A DNA stretch of 64,000 nucleotides from Lama guanicoe (Eukaryota), in NCBI GenBank assembly GCA_013239625.1, contig MU054187.1:23002795-23066794 (forward strand), in the 5' to 3' direction. The notes under the pieces are model-generated. The model ran no database searches and was not told the origin of the DNA. It worked only from the letters and a program-made list of their open reading frames with translations. How positions within the stretch are numbered: position 1 is the stretch's first letter; each line of letters starts with the position of its first letter. Position numbers and translations under genes: made by a program. Of this stretch, positions 25,431 through 39,199 are shown one piece after another.

Positions 25431-28400
25431 TCTATTTGCTTTAGACTAGTAATCATATAGACTCAAACACATCCTAAAAAGAATTTTAAAATCTGCATTT
25501 ACTTGCTCCCCTCTCCCACATTCTATGATTTTGAGTCCTCTTTTATATTTTCATGTTTATTCTTTTGCTGTTCATTGTAGTTATCCTATTTCCAGTTGAG
25601 GTTTTCTCTTTTCTATAGCCTCCTGTTTATGAATGAATCTTTCTTTAGAGAGTGTTGGTTTATATATACAGGTATAAAATAAGAAGCGAAAGATGCATTC
25701 AGATTTTAGCCTAATGATGTGGATGACAATGTATTAAGGCTTGAGAAATGCAAACTTTGAATTATTGTGCATGCGTGATAAGAAATCAGATAAAAGCATG
25801 ACAGTATCTCCTTAGGCTGGGGGATGCGACAATATTTAGAAAGGAGGAAATATTCAGTTATTGTGTGCAAAGTAGGAAAATCATTGTGGCATACGAACTT
25901 GAGGTCTTTTAGTACACTTTCGTGCCTTTAACAGCTGAGAGTTGTATAAATGTATTTTGAATGGGTTTGCAAAAGGGTCAGATATAAGGAGATAGTAATG
26001 TTAGAGTAAAAGAATAAAAATGCCATTCTTCAGTTCACCTGAATCAGAACTGCCAGGAATTACTTTTGTCTTGTTAGAGGTAATTGTAAACAAGTTTATG
26101 TCACAAAGAGCAATTTGAATGAAGATTTCTGTTTCTCTACCTGAATGCCATTGTGTTTATCCAGCTATGACTACATTGTATCTAAAGAGTGACATTTCTG
26201 AAAAACAAAACCCACTTAAGAGTTTCGTGAAGCTGTGAGGAGGAAGGAAGTAAAACAATTGTCCTATAATACATTTCTTTTTATTGGGGCAATGATCTCA
26301 GGGAAAGAAAGCAGGCATATGACCCAGTCTAGTCTTTTTGGAGCTGTTAGGAACTAAACTCTCAGTACTGGGAAGGAAGAGAGTTCCTCTCATTGGAATG
26401 CTCTTAGAAGAATGTCTTTGCTTAGGATTGCTTATGGTAAACAAACTCAGGATATGTGAGGTTGAATTTTGTGGGAAATGTCAAAAAAGATAACCTATTT
26501 GGGAATAAACTAAAAATACTTCATGACTGTAATGCTTCCTGCTCTGTGGGAGAGCTGACATGTCTTATATTGGACACCTCCTCTGGTGCTCTGGGCTCAA
26601 GAGTGCATGTCTAATGGATGAAGTAATGACCTGAATGGCTATCTTAGATATCCCAGATTGCTCCCTGTTTTTCTGGTATTTGCTACTAGCTTGTATCATT
26701 GAATCCTTAGTAAATATGAAAGTCTGCCCCCACAAATATGATCATTTGGTTAGCTCAGGGGAAAGAAGAAAAAAAAGAGAAGAAAATGTAAGAAGTTGAA
26801 GATAGAGTAACTAGAGAAAGAAAGAACCTTGAAGTTGCTAGGACCACTGACCTAATTCAGAAGCAAATAAAAATATACCATCTCTATCTTTTTGCAAGCA
26901 CAGAAATTAATTCTAGATGATACGTAGAGTTAGCTGTAAAAACAATCTTTTAAAATCTTCTCTACTAGTTCCTCTTCTCTGTTTTCATATTTTAGGCATT
27001 TAATGTAGCGACATCCCACTTCTAGTTACTAAAATCCTATTGCTTTTCTACCAAATTACTGCAGACTTAGTGGTTTCACAAAAAAATTTGTTATCTTACA
27101 GTTCTATGTTGGAATTCTGAACTACATGACACTAGGCTAAAACGGAATTATAGAAACAAAAGCAAACAGGTACTTTCTAGAATCTGGTAGCAGTGCCTAA
27201 TAAAAATTCTGAGTAAAACAAAATACAAGAAAAATACTTATATGTAATAAAGTTGAATTACTAGAGACCGATTGGAAAAGTTTCTTAAGTGATGGGATAC
27301 TGAGGCTATTGTGGACTAAATCTAGATCAAGACAAAAATGTCTGGCATCATTCATAATACTCTTTGGGGAATTTTACGTAATGCAATAAGACAATAACAT
27401 GAAACAGTAGGAAAAGGAAATAAATTTCTTTATTTGTTTGCTATGATTACACACAAAAATTAGAGTGTTTATTTAATTACTAGCTAGAAGATCAATGTAT
27501 CTTAATAATTAACGCTAATATTTTAATAGTAAGGTCAAATGTCAATAATATAAGCTCAAAACTTAATGATTTTTCTAATCAAAAATTATCAATTTAGAAA
27601 TGAAAATGACAAGAAAAAATATAAAATAAAAATGAATTATTCAAAAACAGATTGTGGGTTTCTGTGAAGTAATCGATACAAATATTAAAGAATGTAAAGC
27701 AAATAAAGACATCGTTTGTGATTTGATATCAAAGTTTAATTTCATAAAGTGTCACCTTTTCTAAAATATTCATGTAATTTAAATACAGTCCATTCAGCAT
27801 TTTAACATTTCTGTATGAATATCTGACTACCTTGCTATTTAGTAAATGAGATTAAATGATTTTACATTCATATGAAAAAATAAATATCCGAAATTTAGAA
27901 GAGTAGTTAATAACTTAAAATATATTTTCAGCAAAAGAATGTGATGTTACCACAAGCAAATACAAACTAATCAGAAAAGGGATTAAGACATCAATCTATG
28001 GAAATACGGATTTTCTTTGTGGTGAAATGTGTGCTCTCATATGTCATTGGAAGGAACATGAGATACTTTTTAGAATGCACTTTGACGTGTTTAGTGTTTT
28101 TCTATTAAAGTGTAAACCTCCTGACTCAGCCGTGCAATTTTAGGATTCTCTCCTACAGGAAAATAATTACCAGAAAATGAATATTTATCAGAGTGCTTTT
28201 TTATGTTTATTTTTTGGAGTGGCCTAAAACCAGAAGGAACCTCAATGAACGTCAGTTAATAACAATGACTAAATTATGGAATAACTGCGTTATAGAGCAC
28301 CATGAAACTATCCACTATGAGTCCGATCTGATATGACCACACACACGCGTTCTCCCAGGACAGTCTAAGTAGAACTGTTGTCCAAACATTAATTTTAAAA

Positions 28401-29879
28401 GCATAGCCTTTCTTGGTTTGGATGATTAATTATAGTCATTCTATGTTCTGAGATTAAGAAATTTTCAAAATACATTTCAGGAGCTACGTGTGTGTGTATA
28501 TATATATATACATATATATATAATTTACATTATATATATGTGTAAACTAAAAGTTTTAAATCACATGTAAATATTTATATGAGTCCACACGAAAGTGTGG
28601 AGACACTCACTAGGCTGACAAGGATGTGAATGATGACGGGATGTGGAGTGAGAAACTTATCTGACTTTTCGAATTTAAAAAAAAACCTATAAAGAATATT
28701 TAAAAGGCAAAAAGACAAATATTGAATAGCTGATTTGATCCCAAATTTATGAGCGCTTCAAAAGCTTCCTAATTTTTCATTTTAATATTCAGTTTTGTAA
28801 AAAAAGGTATTCATTTTTGATGAGATTCTATTATGGAGATGCTAGCGAATTAAAAAATGATCATGGAAATCTCAACAGCTCATTTCTGAAGTTGGCCCAC
28901 ATGCCTTCTGCAGAGAGGCTGGTTTCACTTTACCTTTGCATCAGACCCATGAGCTCATACCTGGAGCCAGGCCCACTTGAGAATCCTTCTTTATCAAAGG
29001 GGTTGAAGCTCACATTTATTTAGCACCTACAATTTGCCTGGCACTATGTCAGGTACTCTAAAAGTGTTTGCTTTTTTCCTTTTAGAGAAAAAAAGTGAAG
29101 TTCCATTAAGTTTAACTTTTTCGTTATTACTTCGGAAACACAAAACCAACATTGAAACTAAGGTCCCTGACTCCTGATTTTTTCCTCTTTCCCGTACTGT
29201 CTCCCATGCATTTAGAATTCTGTGTTTTTCATACTGGAATATTAGTGTATCTTTCTTTCCTCACATTGAAACCTTTATAGTGCAAGAGTTCTTTGTGTGT
29301 GTGTGTGTGTGTGGCAATTCCCACGCGCAAAATTGACCTGTATTTAGTACTATGTCACTTTTATCAGCATTGCCAAATGCATAAGAAAGTATAAATAGCA
29401 GCAACTTTTATTTGCGCTGTTTTAAAGAAACATAACCTGATGTTAGAAAAGACAAATGGCTTGTCCAGTGGTTCGGGCCAAGTCATGCAAAGTTAAAAAC
29501 AGACTTGGGGAGGAGTTAAATGCTCTTAGGCTCTCTTGTCTAGAAAACTGGCTATGAGATGCCAGTGGTTCTTTGATTTTAGAACGTGGCGATAAAAATT
29601 TCATTGCTGGCCAGGACTGGTGGTGATGATGGGATCTTAGTAATTCCGACTTGCTGGAAATCATATTCAAAGACTCATCCACTTAAGACTATGTTAGCCT
29701 TCAAAATCATTTGACATGTCCTTTAAAGTGGACACACTGTTTGAATAATACAATAATGCTGAATGTAAGAAAGAGAAGTTTCAACTGTGTATTATCTGCA
29801 GATAACATTGTCTAACAGAACCGTGCTGAAATTGGGTATGTTATCTTAGCCATTAGAAAAGTTTTAAGATATTTTGTTT

Positions 29880-30557
29880 ATTTTTCAACAGGTGTTTATT
29901 AAGTGCCTACTTTGTGGTAGATGCCCTTCCAAGCACTGAGGATAAAATAGTGAACAAAACAAAATCCTTGTTTACATGAAACTTATTTGTTGGGGGAGAT
30001 AAATACTAAAAAATATGTGTGTATATAATAAATGTCAGGCAGTAGTAAGTGCTCTGAAGAAACACAAAGTAGATCAGAAGGTAGAGATAGATAAAGAAAT
30101 GCTATTTTAGATAAAGTGATCAAGAAGGACCCCCCCATAATTACATGATATTATATCCTAGACCTTAGGAAAGTGCAGAATGTCTGGAGGAGGAAGGATA
30201 TGGGCAGAGTTAATGGGAAATATAAAGAATCTGAGATGAGGGCCTGCTTGGAATGATTAATGATAAGTTCAGTGCAGTTGAAATGAGTGATAGCGGAGGA
30301 AAATTGTAACAGATGAAGTCAGAATAGCAGCAGGAGAATTGCTGATATGAGACGATTAAATTATGGTAAGGATCTTAGATTTTATTCTCAGTGAGGCATA
30401 AATGCTTTGGAGGCTTATAAACAGAAGAAATATAATCTGACGAGTTTTTAAAGAATTGCTTTGCTTCCGTATGCAGAACAGATTTGAGGGACAAGGACTG
30501 AAGTGGAAAGACCAGTTGGGAAGATATTCGGAAGTCCAGGTAAAAGGCGATGATGGC
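29880..30557 (-). mobile_element. L2 LINE, interrupted by an L1; resumes at ~32121-32190
   Basis: ttcaacaggtgtttattaagtgcctactttgtg...aagcactgaggataaaatagtgaacaaaac; the L2 sequence continues after the L1 (gatgatggcctggactagaatgg). Confidence 0.8.
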
Positions 30558-32120
30558 ATACTCTCTAAATTAACCTCTAAGTTTAGTGAAATCCCTGTAA
30601 AAATACCAGCTTGCTTTTCTGAAAAAATGGCCATCTGACCCTAAAATGCAGAATAGACAAACACAAGAGATGCAGAATAGGCAAAACAATCTTGATAAGA
30701 ACAAACTGAAAGACTCAACCCTTCCAAGTTTTGAAACTTACTACAAAGCCGTGTAGTAGTGGCATAAAGATAGACATTATGTCAGTGGAATAGGACTGAG
30801 AGTCTAGAAACAAACCTTTGTAATTGCAGTCAGTTAATTTTTGGCAGGATGCCAAATAATTCAATAGGAAAGAATAGTATTTTTGAAAACATTGTGGGAA
30901 TAGCTGGATAGCTACACACAAAAATGAAGTTGGACCCCTTCTTTACACTATAGACAAAAAATTAAAATAGGTCATAGAGAATTATAGATCTAAATGTAAT
31001 AGCTGAAGTTACAGAACTCTTAGAAGAAAATTTGGGAGTAAATCTTTGTAACCTTGGATTAGGCAAACTCCTCATGGTCCATGATACCAAAATCATAAGC
31101 AAGAAAAGAAAAAAATAGATAAATTGACTTCATAACAATTGAAAGCATTTTTGCTGAAAATTATACTATTCAACAAATGATAATCCAATTCACAGAGTGG
31201 GAGAAAATACTGCAAATAATTTTTATGATACGGTATTTTTACCCAGAATATTGAAAAAGTGCTAGCAACACTATTAAAAATCAGTCAATAGTCTGAAAGA
31301 TATTTCTCCGAAGATATACAAATGGCCAATAAGTGTGTAAAATGATGCTGCACATAATTAATGATTAGGAAAATGAAAATCAAAACTGCAGTGAGAAAAC
31401 ACTTCTGTCCTGCTAGGGTAGCAAAATTTTAAAAACACTGACAGTACATGTTGTCAAGGAGATAAAGAAATGAGAACTCTCATATGCAACTGATGGGAAC
31501 ATAAAATGGTGCAGCCACTTGGAAAGCTGCTTAGCAGTTCCTCACAAAATTAAACATACATCCACTATATGACCAAGTAATTTCACTCCAGGGTGTTTGT
31601 AATGGCATTATTCATAATTGTCAAAGCATGAAAACAACCCAAATGTCCATCAACCAATAAATGGATAAACAAAGTGTGGTATATCCATCCAATGGAATAT
31701 TCATCAATAGAAAGGCGGGAAGTACTGATACATGCTGCAACATGGATGAACCTCGAAAACACTGTGCTTAGTAAAAGCAGCTAGTTGCAAAAGCCCACAT
31801 ATTATATAATCCTGTTTATATGAGATGTTCAGAATACACAAATCTATAGAAATAGGAAGTAGATGAGCAGTTGTTAGGACTGGGAGAGAAAATGGGGAGG
31901 AATGAAGAGTGAGTACCAAAAGATGGAAATTATTTTTAGGGGTGATAAAAAACAAAAGGTTCTATCTAAATTAGATTATGGTATGGTTGCAGAACTCTGT
32001 GCATATAGTAAAAGTCATTGAACTGTTTTCTTTCAAGTGGATTAGTTGTGTGGTATGTAAATTATATCTCAATAAAGGTCTTAGGTTTTTGTTGTTGTTT
32101 TCCTTTCTTTCTTTCTTTTT
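30558..32120 (+). mobile_element. L1MB/MC-like ORF2 3' part and 3' UTR inserted into the L2
   Basis: L1 ORF2 and 3' UTR motifs (gttttgaaacttactacaaagc; aaacaacccaaatgtccatcaac; aaattatatctcaataaag). Diverged TSD taaaaggcgatgatggc / taaagagatgatgatggc. Confidence 0.88.
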
Positions 32121-35100
32121 TAAAGAGATGATGATGGCCTGGACTAGAATGGTAACAGTGAAGGTGATGAGAAGTGGTTTGATTCTGAACAGATTATGGG
32201 TAAACCATATGATATTACTCTCTTTTAACTGTTTTTTAGAAATCAACAACGTGATCATTTCAAATGGCTCAACTTCATATTTTGAAGGTCTATCTACAGG
32301 GGTTTTCTGATGCCAAAGCTGTAAAATGACTAAGTTCTTGGGCAGAGGAATTGAAAAGATAGGGATGACGTTAACTGGATTCTAGAAGATTGGGAGTAGA
32401 GTAATATTGGGGATGGAATTAAAAGCTTATTTATGTCTTGTCAACTCTGCAGACACTAGATGGTTACCAAGAGAAGATTCCAGTAGTGGACTGACAGCAG
32501 TTAATTGTTTAGGAGAAAGTGGGATAACTATTTTTACTGGCAAGACTAAAGCATAGTTCACACTGTGATTTAGACAAGTTTTCTTGCTCTTCTGGTAATC
32601 TTTTATTTCCTGGAACAGTTCATCTCTGCTGTTAATTAGGTAAGGTATGATCAAGTAGTCTTGATTCTTTCCTAAAATAACAAAGATGGGGGTTTGCAAG
32701 TAGACATGCACTAAATTACTATTCATAATTATATTTTATCTAACATGAAATATTTTTTTTTAGAAAGCATCTAGCGTGTAATCAGAACTAGGCTTTGAGA
32801 ATTTCAAAGACATATAAATCATTGTTTTATTCCCCGGAGGTTCTGAGATTAATTGGAACGTAAGTCTGAATTACAGGAAAAGTCAGTTTCACCTAAGTAA
32901 CAGGAAGTTTAGAACTAATAAGGGATCGATATACGAGACGTAATCGACTAAATGGTAAGTGCCAAGATGAGTGTGGAAATCATAAGTCCCAGACTTTGGA
33001 AGAAGGAGAGAAAAGCCACCATGTAGGCTGGCATGGTCATATAAGTGCCATACAATAAGTGTGACTTTTTCCAGGCCCCAGAGACAACAGATGTGGGCAT
33101 ATTGATGGAAGGAGAAAGATAACCAAAATGCAGTGAAGCAATTGTAAATGCAAGTGAGAAGGCTGTATGGTACATTGACTACTCAGGGAATAGTGAATGA
33201 AGTATATTATCTTCTAGTTTTATTATAGCCCATTATGTAATGTAGTTAAATAAATGACCAGCTGGATGGAGAAGATCTAATCAACTACTCCTAGATTAAA
33301 AATATAATAAAAAATTAATTAAAATAATAGCAGCAATAATAATCATATAAAATTATATATGTTTAATTTTGTGAGGATGATCAAATTTTGTCATCTCTCT
33401 ATTGGACATAATAATCATACATACTAAGTTTGTTATGAATATGCTACTATATTAGGGACTATTGACTAAAAATCAGAACTGTCTTATATAGTTATATTTT
33501 AGTTTAGTGATATAAAATAAGAAGATGCCTAACAATGTAACACAAAACACTGATAAATGTCAAGATAATTGTTCCCAACTCTAAACCTAGTGGCTGTTAA
33601 GATGAAGAGATAGATCTACGACCTGGGGAGTAAAAAGTGGTAGGATGGTGCAACTCTGTATATGTATAATCAGAAATTCATCATGAAATTTGAATTCAGA
33701 AATTTGAAACCCAGAAAATAACCATCTTGTCCTGACATTAAGTATTTTTAAAAAATTTGTTGCATTTACCATTAGCATTCTTTCTTTTATTTTCCCCTGC
33801 CTCTCTGTGGTTGAGAAGAAAGTCTAGAGCAATTATTTCTATTCATCTGCTTTTGTCTGTATATCCAAGGCTGCGATGATAGAAATCTACACTTCTTCAT
33901 ACATGATATGTTTTAAGATTTAAGTGTTTTACTTTTCTGGTTACAAGATGGCTACCCGTATGTCAAAATGGGACATAAATTCTTAGATATTTACCTTTTT
34001 AAATGAAAACATTTAGTTTTGATTTTAGATAATTAAACTGTTTATTCATTTGATTAAGCTGTCTTGATTTAAAAATTTGTTTTGCTCTTTCTCTGCTGAC
34101 TTAATAAAAAAAAGACATCAGTTTTTAGTAGGGCTAAAGAAATACATCTATTATTTTCATTACTGCCTTGATGAAGCAAATCAAGGTGAGATATAATTTA
34201 TTTCCTTTTAAGTAAAGACACTAAACCACCAAATCAATTAATTGAACTAAAGTAAAATGATTTTGTTTTAATACCTTGTTCCCACTTTGCTTGCTAAACA
34301 TACATTGACAGCTCAGAGTACTTTGCTTAATAATTTCTCACTGAGAATATGATGGTATAAAATTAAATGTATTATTTACACCTGGCATATATGACTATAG
34401 ACTCTTTCTAGATAATGATTGAACATGATAATAAATAGTTATAAATGAGCTGAAATTAAACATTGTGCAGATACAGTACCTAGTGGTTTGTATGCTTGTG
34501 GTATTGGCAAGGAATTCTTTGTCAATTGTATATATATATAGTGGCAATTCTATGGCTTTTGGAATAGTTCTAGAGAAAAGGGAGAGGCATAATGTTTTAA
34601 AGTGTGTTATATGTAAATACAATATACTGAATTTTTCATTCATTTAAAAAGCATTTATTGATGTCCTAATATGTGCCAAAGAACATGTAAAAAATGCTAT
34701 AATCAAGATTTACAAAGTAATGAGCATAGCAGGAGGAATGAATTGCTTTGTATAAAGTAATGGTGCAAAACTTTCATGTGTGTGTGTGTCATTTTAACCC
34801 CTTGAGCATCTTATGCCCGCTAGTGATCATTCCCTCCAGAGGCAAGGGAGAGAGGTTATACAGACCTGCAAACAGAGTATTTTCCATACATTTTAGGAGT
34901 TCATAGAGGTTAATGAAAGGCAGATAAAACCCCACAGTCTAGTAAAGAAGGGTTATGAGTGAGGACACACTGAGGTGAGCTTAGGCATATTTTCCGCAGT
35001 CTCGTTCCTTCGTTAGGGCCTTGAAGTTATGAGATCGAACAACCTTCTTCAATCTTTTGTGAGTTTTTATTGATAGCATGACATGATATTCTTTGTAATC

Positions 35101-36189
35101 ATGTCAATTAACTTTCCTCAAACACCTTATCATTAGTTTTCTATGACTATAGAGTTTTCCTTAAATCATTTAGCAAACTTCTGTTAGACCTGGGATGTTG
35201 CCTCCTCTCACTGAAATGTCCATGCTCAGCTTAGAATCAGCTGCTTTGACTCATGACAGCTGACATATTTGTTTTTTACAGTGCTATGTAATTTAGAATG
35301 TTATAGCACAAGATAAGTTTGTATTTTTTTTACTAATTAAGTCTTCAAGGGCAAAATAAGTTTTTGCCCTTTAAATCTTCCTTTCTTGTATTTTTCAATA
35401 GCAAAAATTACTTTTAATGTTGTTATTGTGGGAAAAATCAACAATATACTACCTAAATAGTAAAAATAAATAGCATATCTAAAACTAGTAAAAATTTATC
35501 TTTAAATCTTCTTAATTTCCACTTTGGAAGTAAGCAAACAATTATTTTTCTCTATTTTCTTCAAGACTTTAAGCATATATTTATATGAGTTTATATAGAG
35601 AGCTGACCCTTGAGCAGCATGGGTTTGAATTGTGTGGGTCCGCTTATATGTGGATATTTTTCCATAAATATATTGGAAAATATTTTGGAGATTTGCAAAC
35701 AATTTACAAAAACTTGCAGATGGTATTTATAGCCTAGAAATATTGAAAAAAAATAAGAAAAAGTCATTTTAGCAATGTATAAAAATATGTAGACTCTATT
35801 TTATCACTTACTGCCATAAAATAAACACAGATCTATATAAAAATTAGAACTTATTAAAAGTTAACACACACAAACCCTTACATGGTGCTATTCACAGTGG
35901 AGGGAGGTATAAAGATGCAGTATTCAATCAAAATTGCATAAAATTAACTGTAGTACTTACTGTACTTCTGTAATAATTTTATAGCCACCTCCTGTTACTA
36001 TGATGGTGAATTCCAGTCTTGCAAATGTCTGCTTAAACTGTCATGTGATACTAATCACCTCCACTTGAACATTTGGTCTTTCCAATAAATTTCTTATCAC
36101 AGTCAAAATTGCTCTCTCCTGGTTCCTGTGTATTCTTCATCATGTTTAGCACAGTACCGTAAACCTTGAGTAACACATCGTACTCATAA

Positions 36190-37960
36190 GAAGTGCCACT
36201 TGATGCTGGAAGTGCTCCTAAGAAGCAGAGAAAAGCCATGACATGACAAGAAAACGTTGAATTGCTTGATGGGCACCATAGATGGAGAACTGCAATTGAG
36301 GTTAACCACTGCTTCAAGATAAATGAGTCCAGCATGGGGACCACTGTAAAAATAAATATATAAAACGTGAAGAAAAAAAAGTGAAGCTGTTGCTGCAGCT
36401 ATGCCAGCAGGTTTAAAAATCTTGCACTTTTTGCAAACTACCTTTGATCTCGTTTTGAAACTGCAGCTTTGATGTGGGTGCCGGATTGCCGTAAGAAGGT
36501 CATGCCTAGGGACTGTAATAGCATTCGAGAAAAAGTGAAGTCAGTGTATGACAACTGAAAGCAAAAGGATGGTGAAGAACCTAAAGATGGAGAATTTCAT
36601 GCCAACAAAAGATGGTTTGATAATTTTAGAAAGAGGTTTGGTTTAAAAATGTTAATAAGACAGTAGAAGCAACTTCTGCTGACCAAGAGGCAGAAGACGA
36701 GTTCCCATATGCTATGAAGAAAATTATTAAGGAGAAAGATTGTCTGCCTGACCAGATTTTTAATACAGATGAAAGTACCCTATTCTGGAAAAAAAAAATG
36801 CTGCAAAGGACATTTATTTGTAAGGAAGTGAAGTGAGCCCTAGGATTTAAGGCAGGAAGGGATAGGCCAACTTTACTGTTTTGTGCAAATGCAATTGAGT
36901 TTATGTTCAGGACTGCTCTTATCTAAAAAGCTGCTAACTTCTGAGCTTTAGAGGGAAAAGAAAACTAGCTGCCAGTTTTTCAGTTGTACAGCAAGAAAGC
37001 CTGGACAATGAAACACTTTTTCTGGCCTGGTTCCATCCATGCTTTGTCCCTGAAGTCAGGAAGTACTTTGCCAACAAGGGACTGCCTTTTAAAGTTCTTT
37101 TGAGGGGGAGGATGTAGCTCAGTGGTAGGGCACATGCTCAACTAGCACAATGTCCTGGGTTCAATCCCCAGGATCTTCATTCAAAATAAATAAATAAACC
37201 TAATTATCTCCCCCCCCAAATGGGCTAAAATTAATTTAAAAAATAAACTGCAATAAAGTTCTTTTTATATTGGACAATGCCCCTGGCCACACAGAACCCC
37301 AAGAGTTCAACACCAAAGGCATCAAATTGATCTAATGGCTCCCAAACACAATGTCCCTAGTTCATCCCTTAGATCAGCAGGTCAAAAGGAACTTTAAGGC
37401 TTATTACAATGGACTGCTGACTCTATCGGAGAGACCTTGATAAAACATCATAAAGGTCTGGAAGGCTTACACTACTGAAGATACCATCATTGTTACAGAA
37501 AAAACTGAAAGCCATCAAGCCCCAAACAATAAATTCTTGCTGAGAAAACTGTGTCCAGATGTTGTGCATGACTTCATAGGATTTATAATAGACCCAGTGA
37601 AGGAAATCCTGACAGAGATTGTGGATAGGGAAAAAAAAAAAAAGCTGGGAGGGTGAAGTGTTTCAAGACACAGATCTTGGAGAAATTCAAGAGCTAATAG
37701 ACACCACAGCAGAGGAGTAAACGGAAGATAACTTGATGGAGGTAAGTGCTTCTGACCCAGTGCAGAAGAAGACGTAGAAGAAGCAGTGCCAGAAACAAAA
37801 ATGTGACGTTAGATAGTCCGAAAGAACAGTTTAGATTATTCAAGACTGCTTTTGCCTTTTTTTAATGACATGGACCCTTCTATGATACAGACACTGAAAC
37901 TAAAGCAGACACTTAAAAAAAAAAAGGATTGGTACCATATAGAAACTTTTTTTTTTAATG
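36190..37960 (+). pseudogene. Decayed Tigger2 transposase (CENP-B/pogo-like; D,D32D triad still readable)
   Basis: Fragments AGSAPKKQRK, GEFHANKRWFDNFRKRFG, QIFNTDESTLFWK (D at 36768), ILDNAPGH (D at 37273) and PLDQ (D at 37372), with several stops, frameshifts and a SINE insertion. Confidence 0.9.
37102..37253 (+). mobile_element. vic-1-like SINE nested in the Tigger2 transposase
   Basis: gggggaggatgtagctcagtggtagg...gggttcaatcccca, (AAAT)n, cctaattatctccccc; 12-bp TSD taaagttctttt at 37090-37101 and 37254-37265. Confidence 0.92.
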
Positions 37961-39199
37961 AAAAAGCAAAGAACTCAGAAATTATGATACATTCCTATAC
38001 ATTTATATCGGGTGTGCCTGACTCTCCTCCCTCCACTTCCAGCTCCTCCACCTCTTCTGCCTCTGCCACACCTGAGACGGCAAGACCAACCCTTCCTCAT
38101 TCTCCTCCTCCTCAGCCTGCTCAACATGAAGACGACAATGATGAAGACCTTTATGATGATCCGCTTCCACTTAACGAATAGTAGATAATCATCCTGCCGT
38201 GCAGTTAATGCACGTATCTGTTGCACACATGTGTGAGTGTCTTCATGTGGAAGTATAACTGCATGGCAAGAACTGTATAGGAATTTTTTGTGCCATTATC
38301 ATTGTCATCACCCAAGTCCTGAGTCTGAAACGTCATGTGTAAGACTTAAAGTGGATAGCCTATTCTTACAGAGGCATAAGGCGAGTGATATTTCATATCA
38401 TATGAATAACATGTTAGTTTTATTAGTGTTTTATAATTTTACTTTCAAAGAATTACATTCCCTACCGTATGCCTCTCTCTCTCATAATTGGATTGAGTGC
38501 GTATCAGCCAATCATCACAGATGAGAGCTTTTTTTTTAAGTAACAATGTTTCCAATACTGTTTTATAAATATGGTTATAATATACTTACGCATGCCAGTA
38601 AAATTTTATCATAATTGATCCATTAGTGTTAGGCTAGGCTACCATGAAACAGTCACACCAGGCGGCACTAGATCGCGCCAGCAACCATGAAGCAATCATA
38701 TTGCTGCTGCTTCGTTACCAACACATGAATCATTATACCTGTAAATAAATGTGAATTTCTTTGTCACATCATCTTTTCATATTTGATGTCCAGGGCTAGT
38801 AATACCTACAACATTTACAATATTTTGTATCATATAAGACAATATTGATGGAAGTGCTGACAGGAAATTCATCTTGTAAACAGATGCTATAAACTTAACA
38901 GTGTTAATAAGCACATCACTGTAAACGTTTTTTCCCTTATGATTTTCTTAATAACATTTTCTTCTCTCTAGCTTATCTTCCTGCAAGAATAAGGTGTATA
39001 ATACATATACCATATAGAATATTTGTTAATCAACTCAATGTTAGCAGGAAGGTTTCCCATCAATAAATAGAAGGCTATAAGTATTCAAGGTTTTTGGCAG
39101 GGTTCCAAAGTTATATGCAGAATTTTTGACTGCATGGGGGTCAGCACCACTAACTCCTGAATTGTTCAAAGGTCAACTGTATATTCAAAATTTTAAATA

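Larger units (their letters stand above)
35600..39179 (+). mobile_element. Near-full-length Tigger2-type (pogo-like TcMar) DNA transposon, ~3.4 kb excluding the nested SINE
   Basis: Inverted termini gagctgacccttgagcag (35600) and ttgttcaaaggtcaactg (ending 39179) followed by TA; internal transposase remnant. Confidence 0.92.

Noticed and set aside
35347..35371. 10-bp inverted repeat with a 5-nt loop (aagggcaaaa / ttttgccctt)
   Set aside because: A/T-rich arms of this length with a free spacer are plausible by chance and there is no other support.
37104..37175. tRNA gene (also ~16235-16300 on the minus strand)
   Set aside because: The tRNA-like heads continue into SINE tails and this copy has a clear TSD; they are retroposons.
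36190..37960. Domesticated TIGD/CENP-B-like gene
   Set aside because: Multiple in-frame stops, frameshifts and a SINE insertion, with transposon termini still present.
37852..38226. Ser/Pro/Asp-rich ORF and overlapping Arg/Gly-rich antisense ORF
   Set aside because: Both lie in the low-complexity 3' part of the Tigger2 element.
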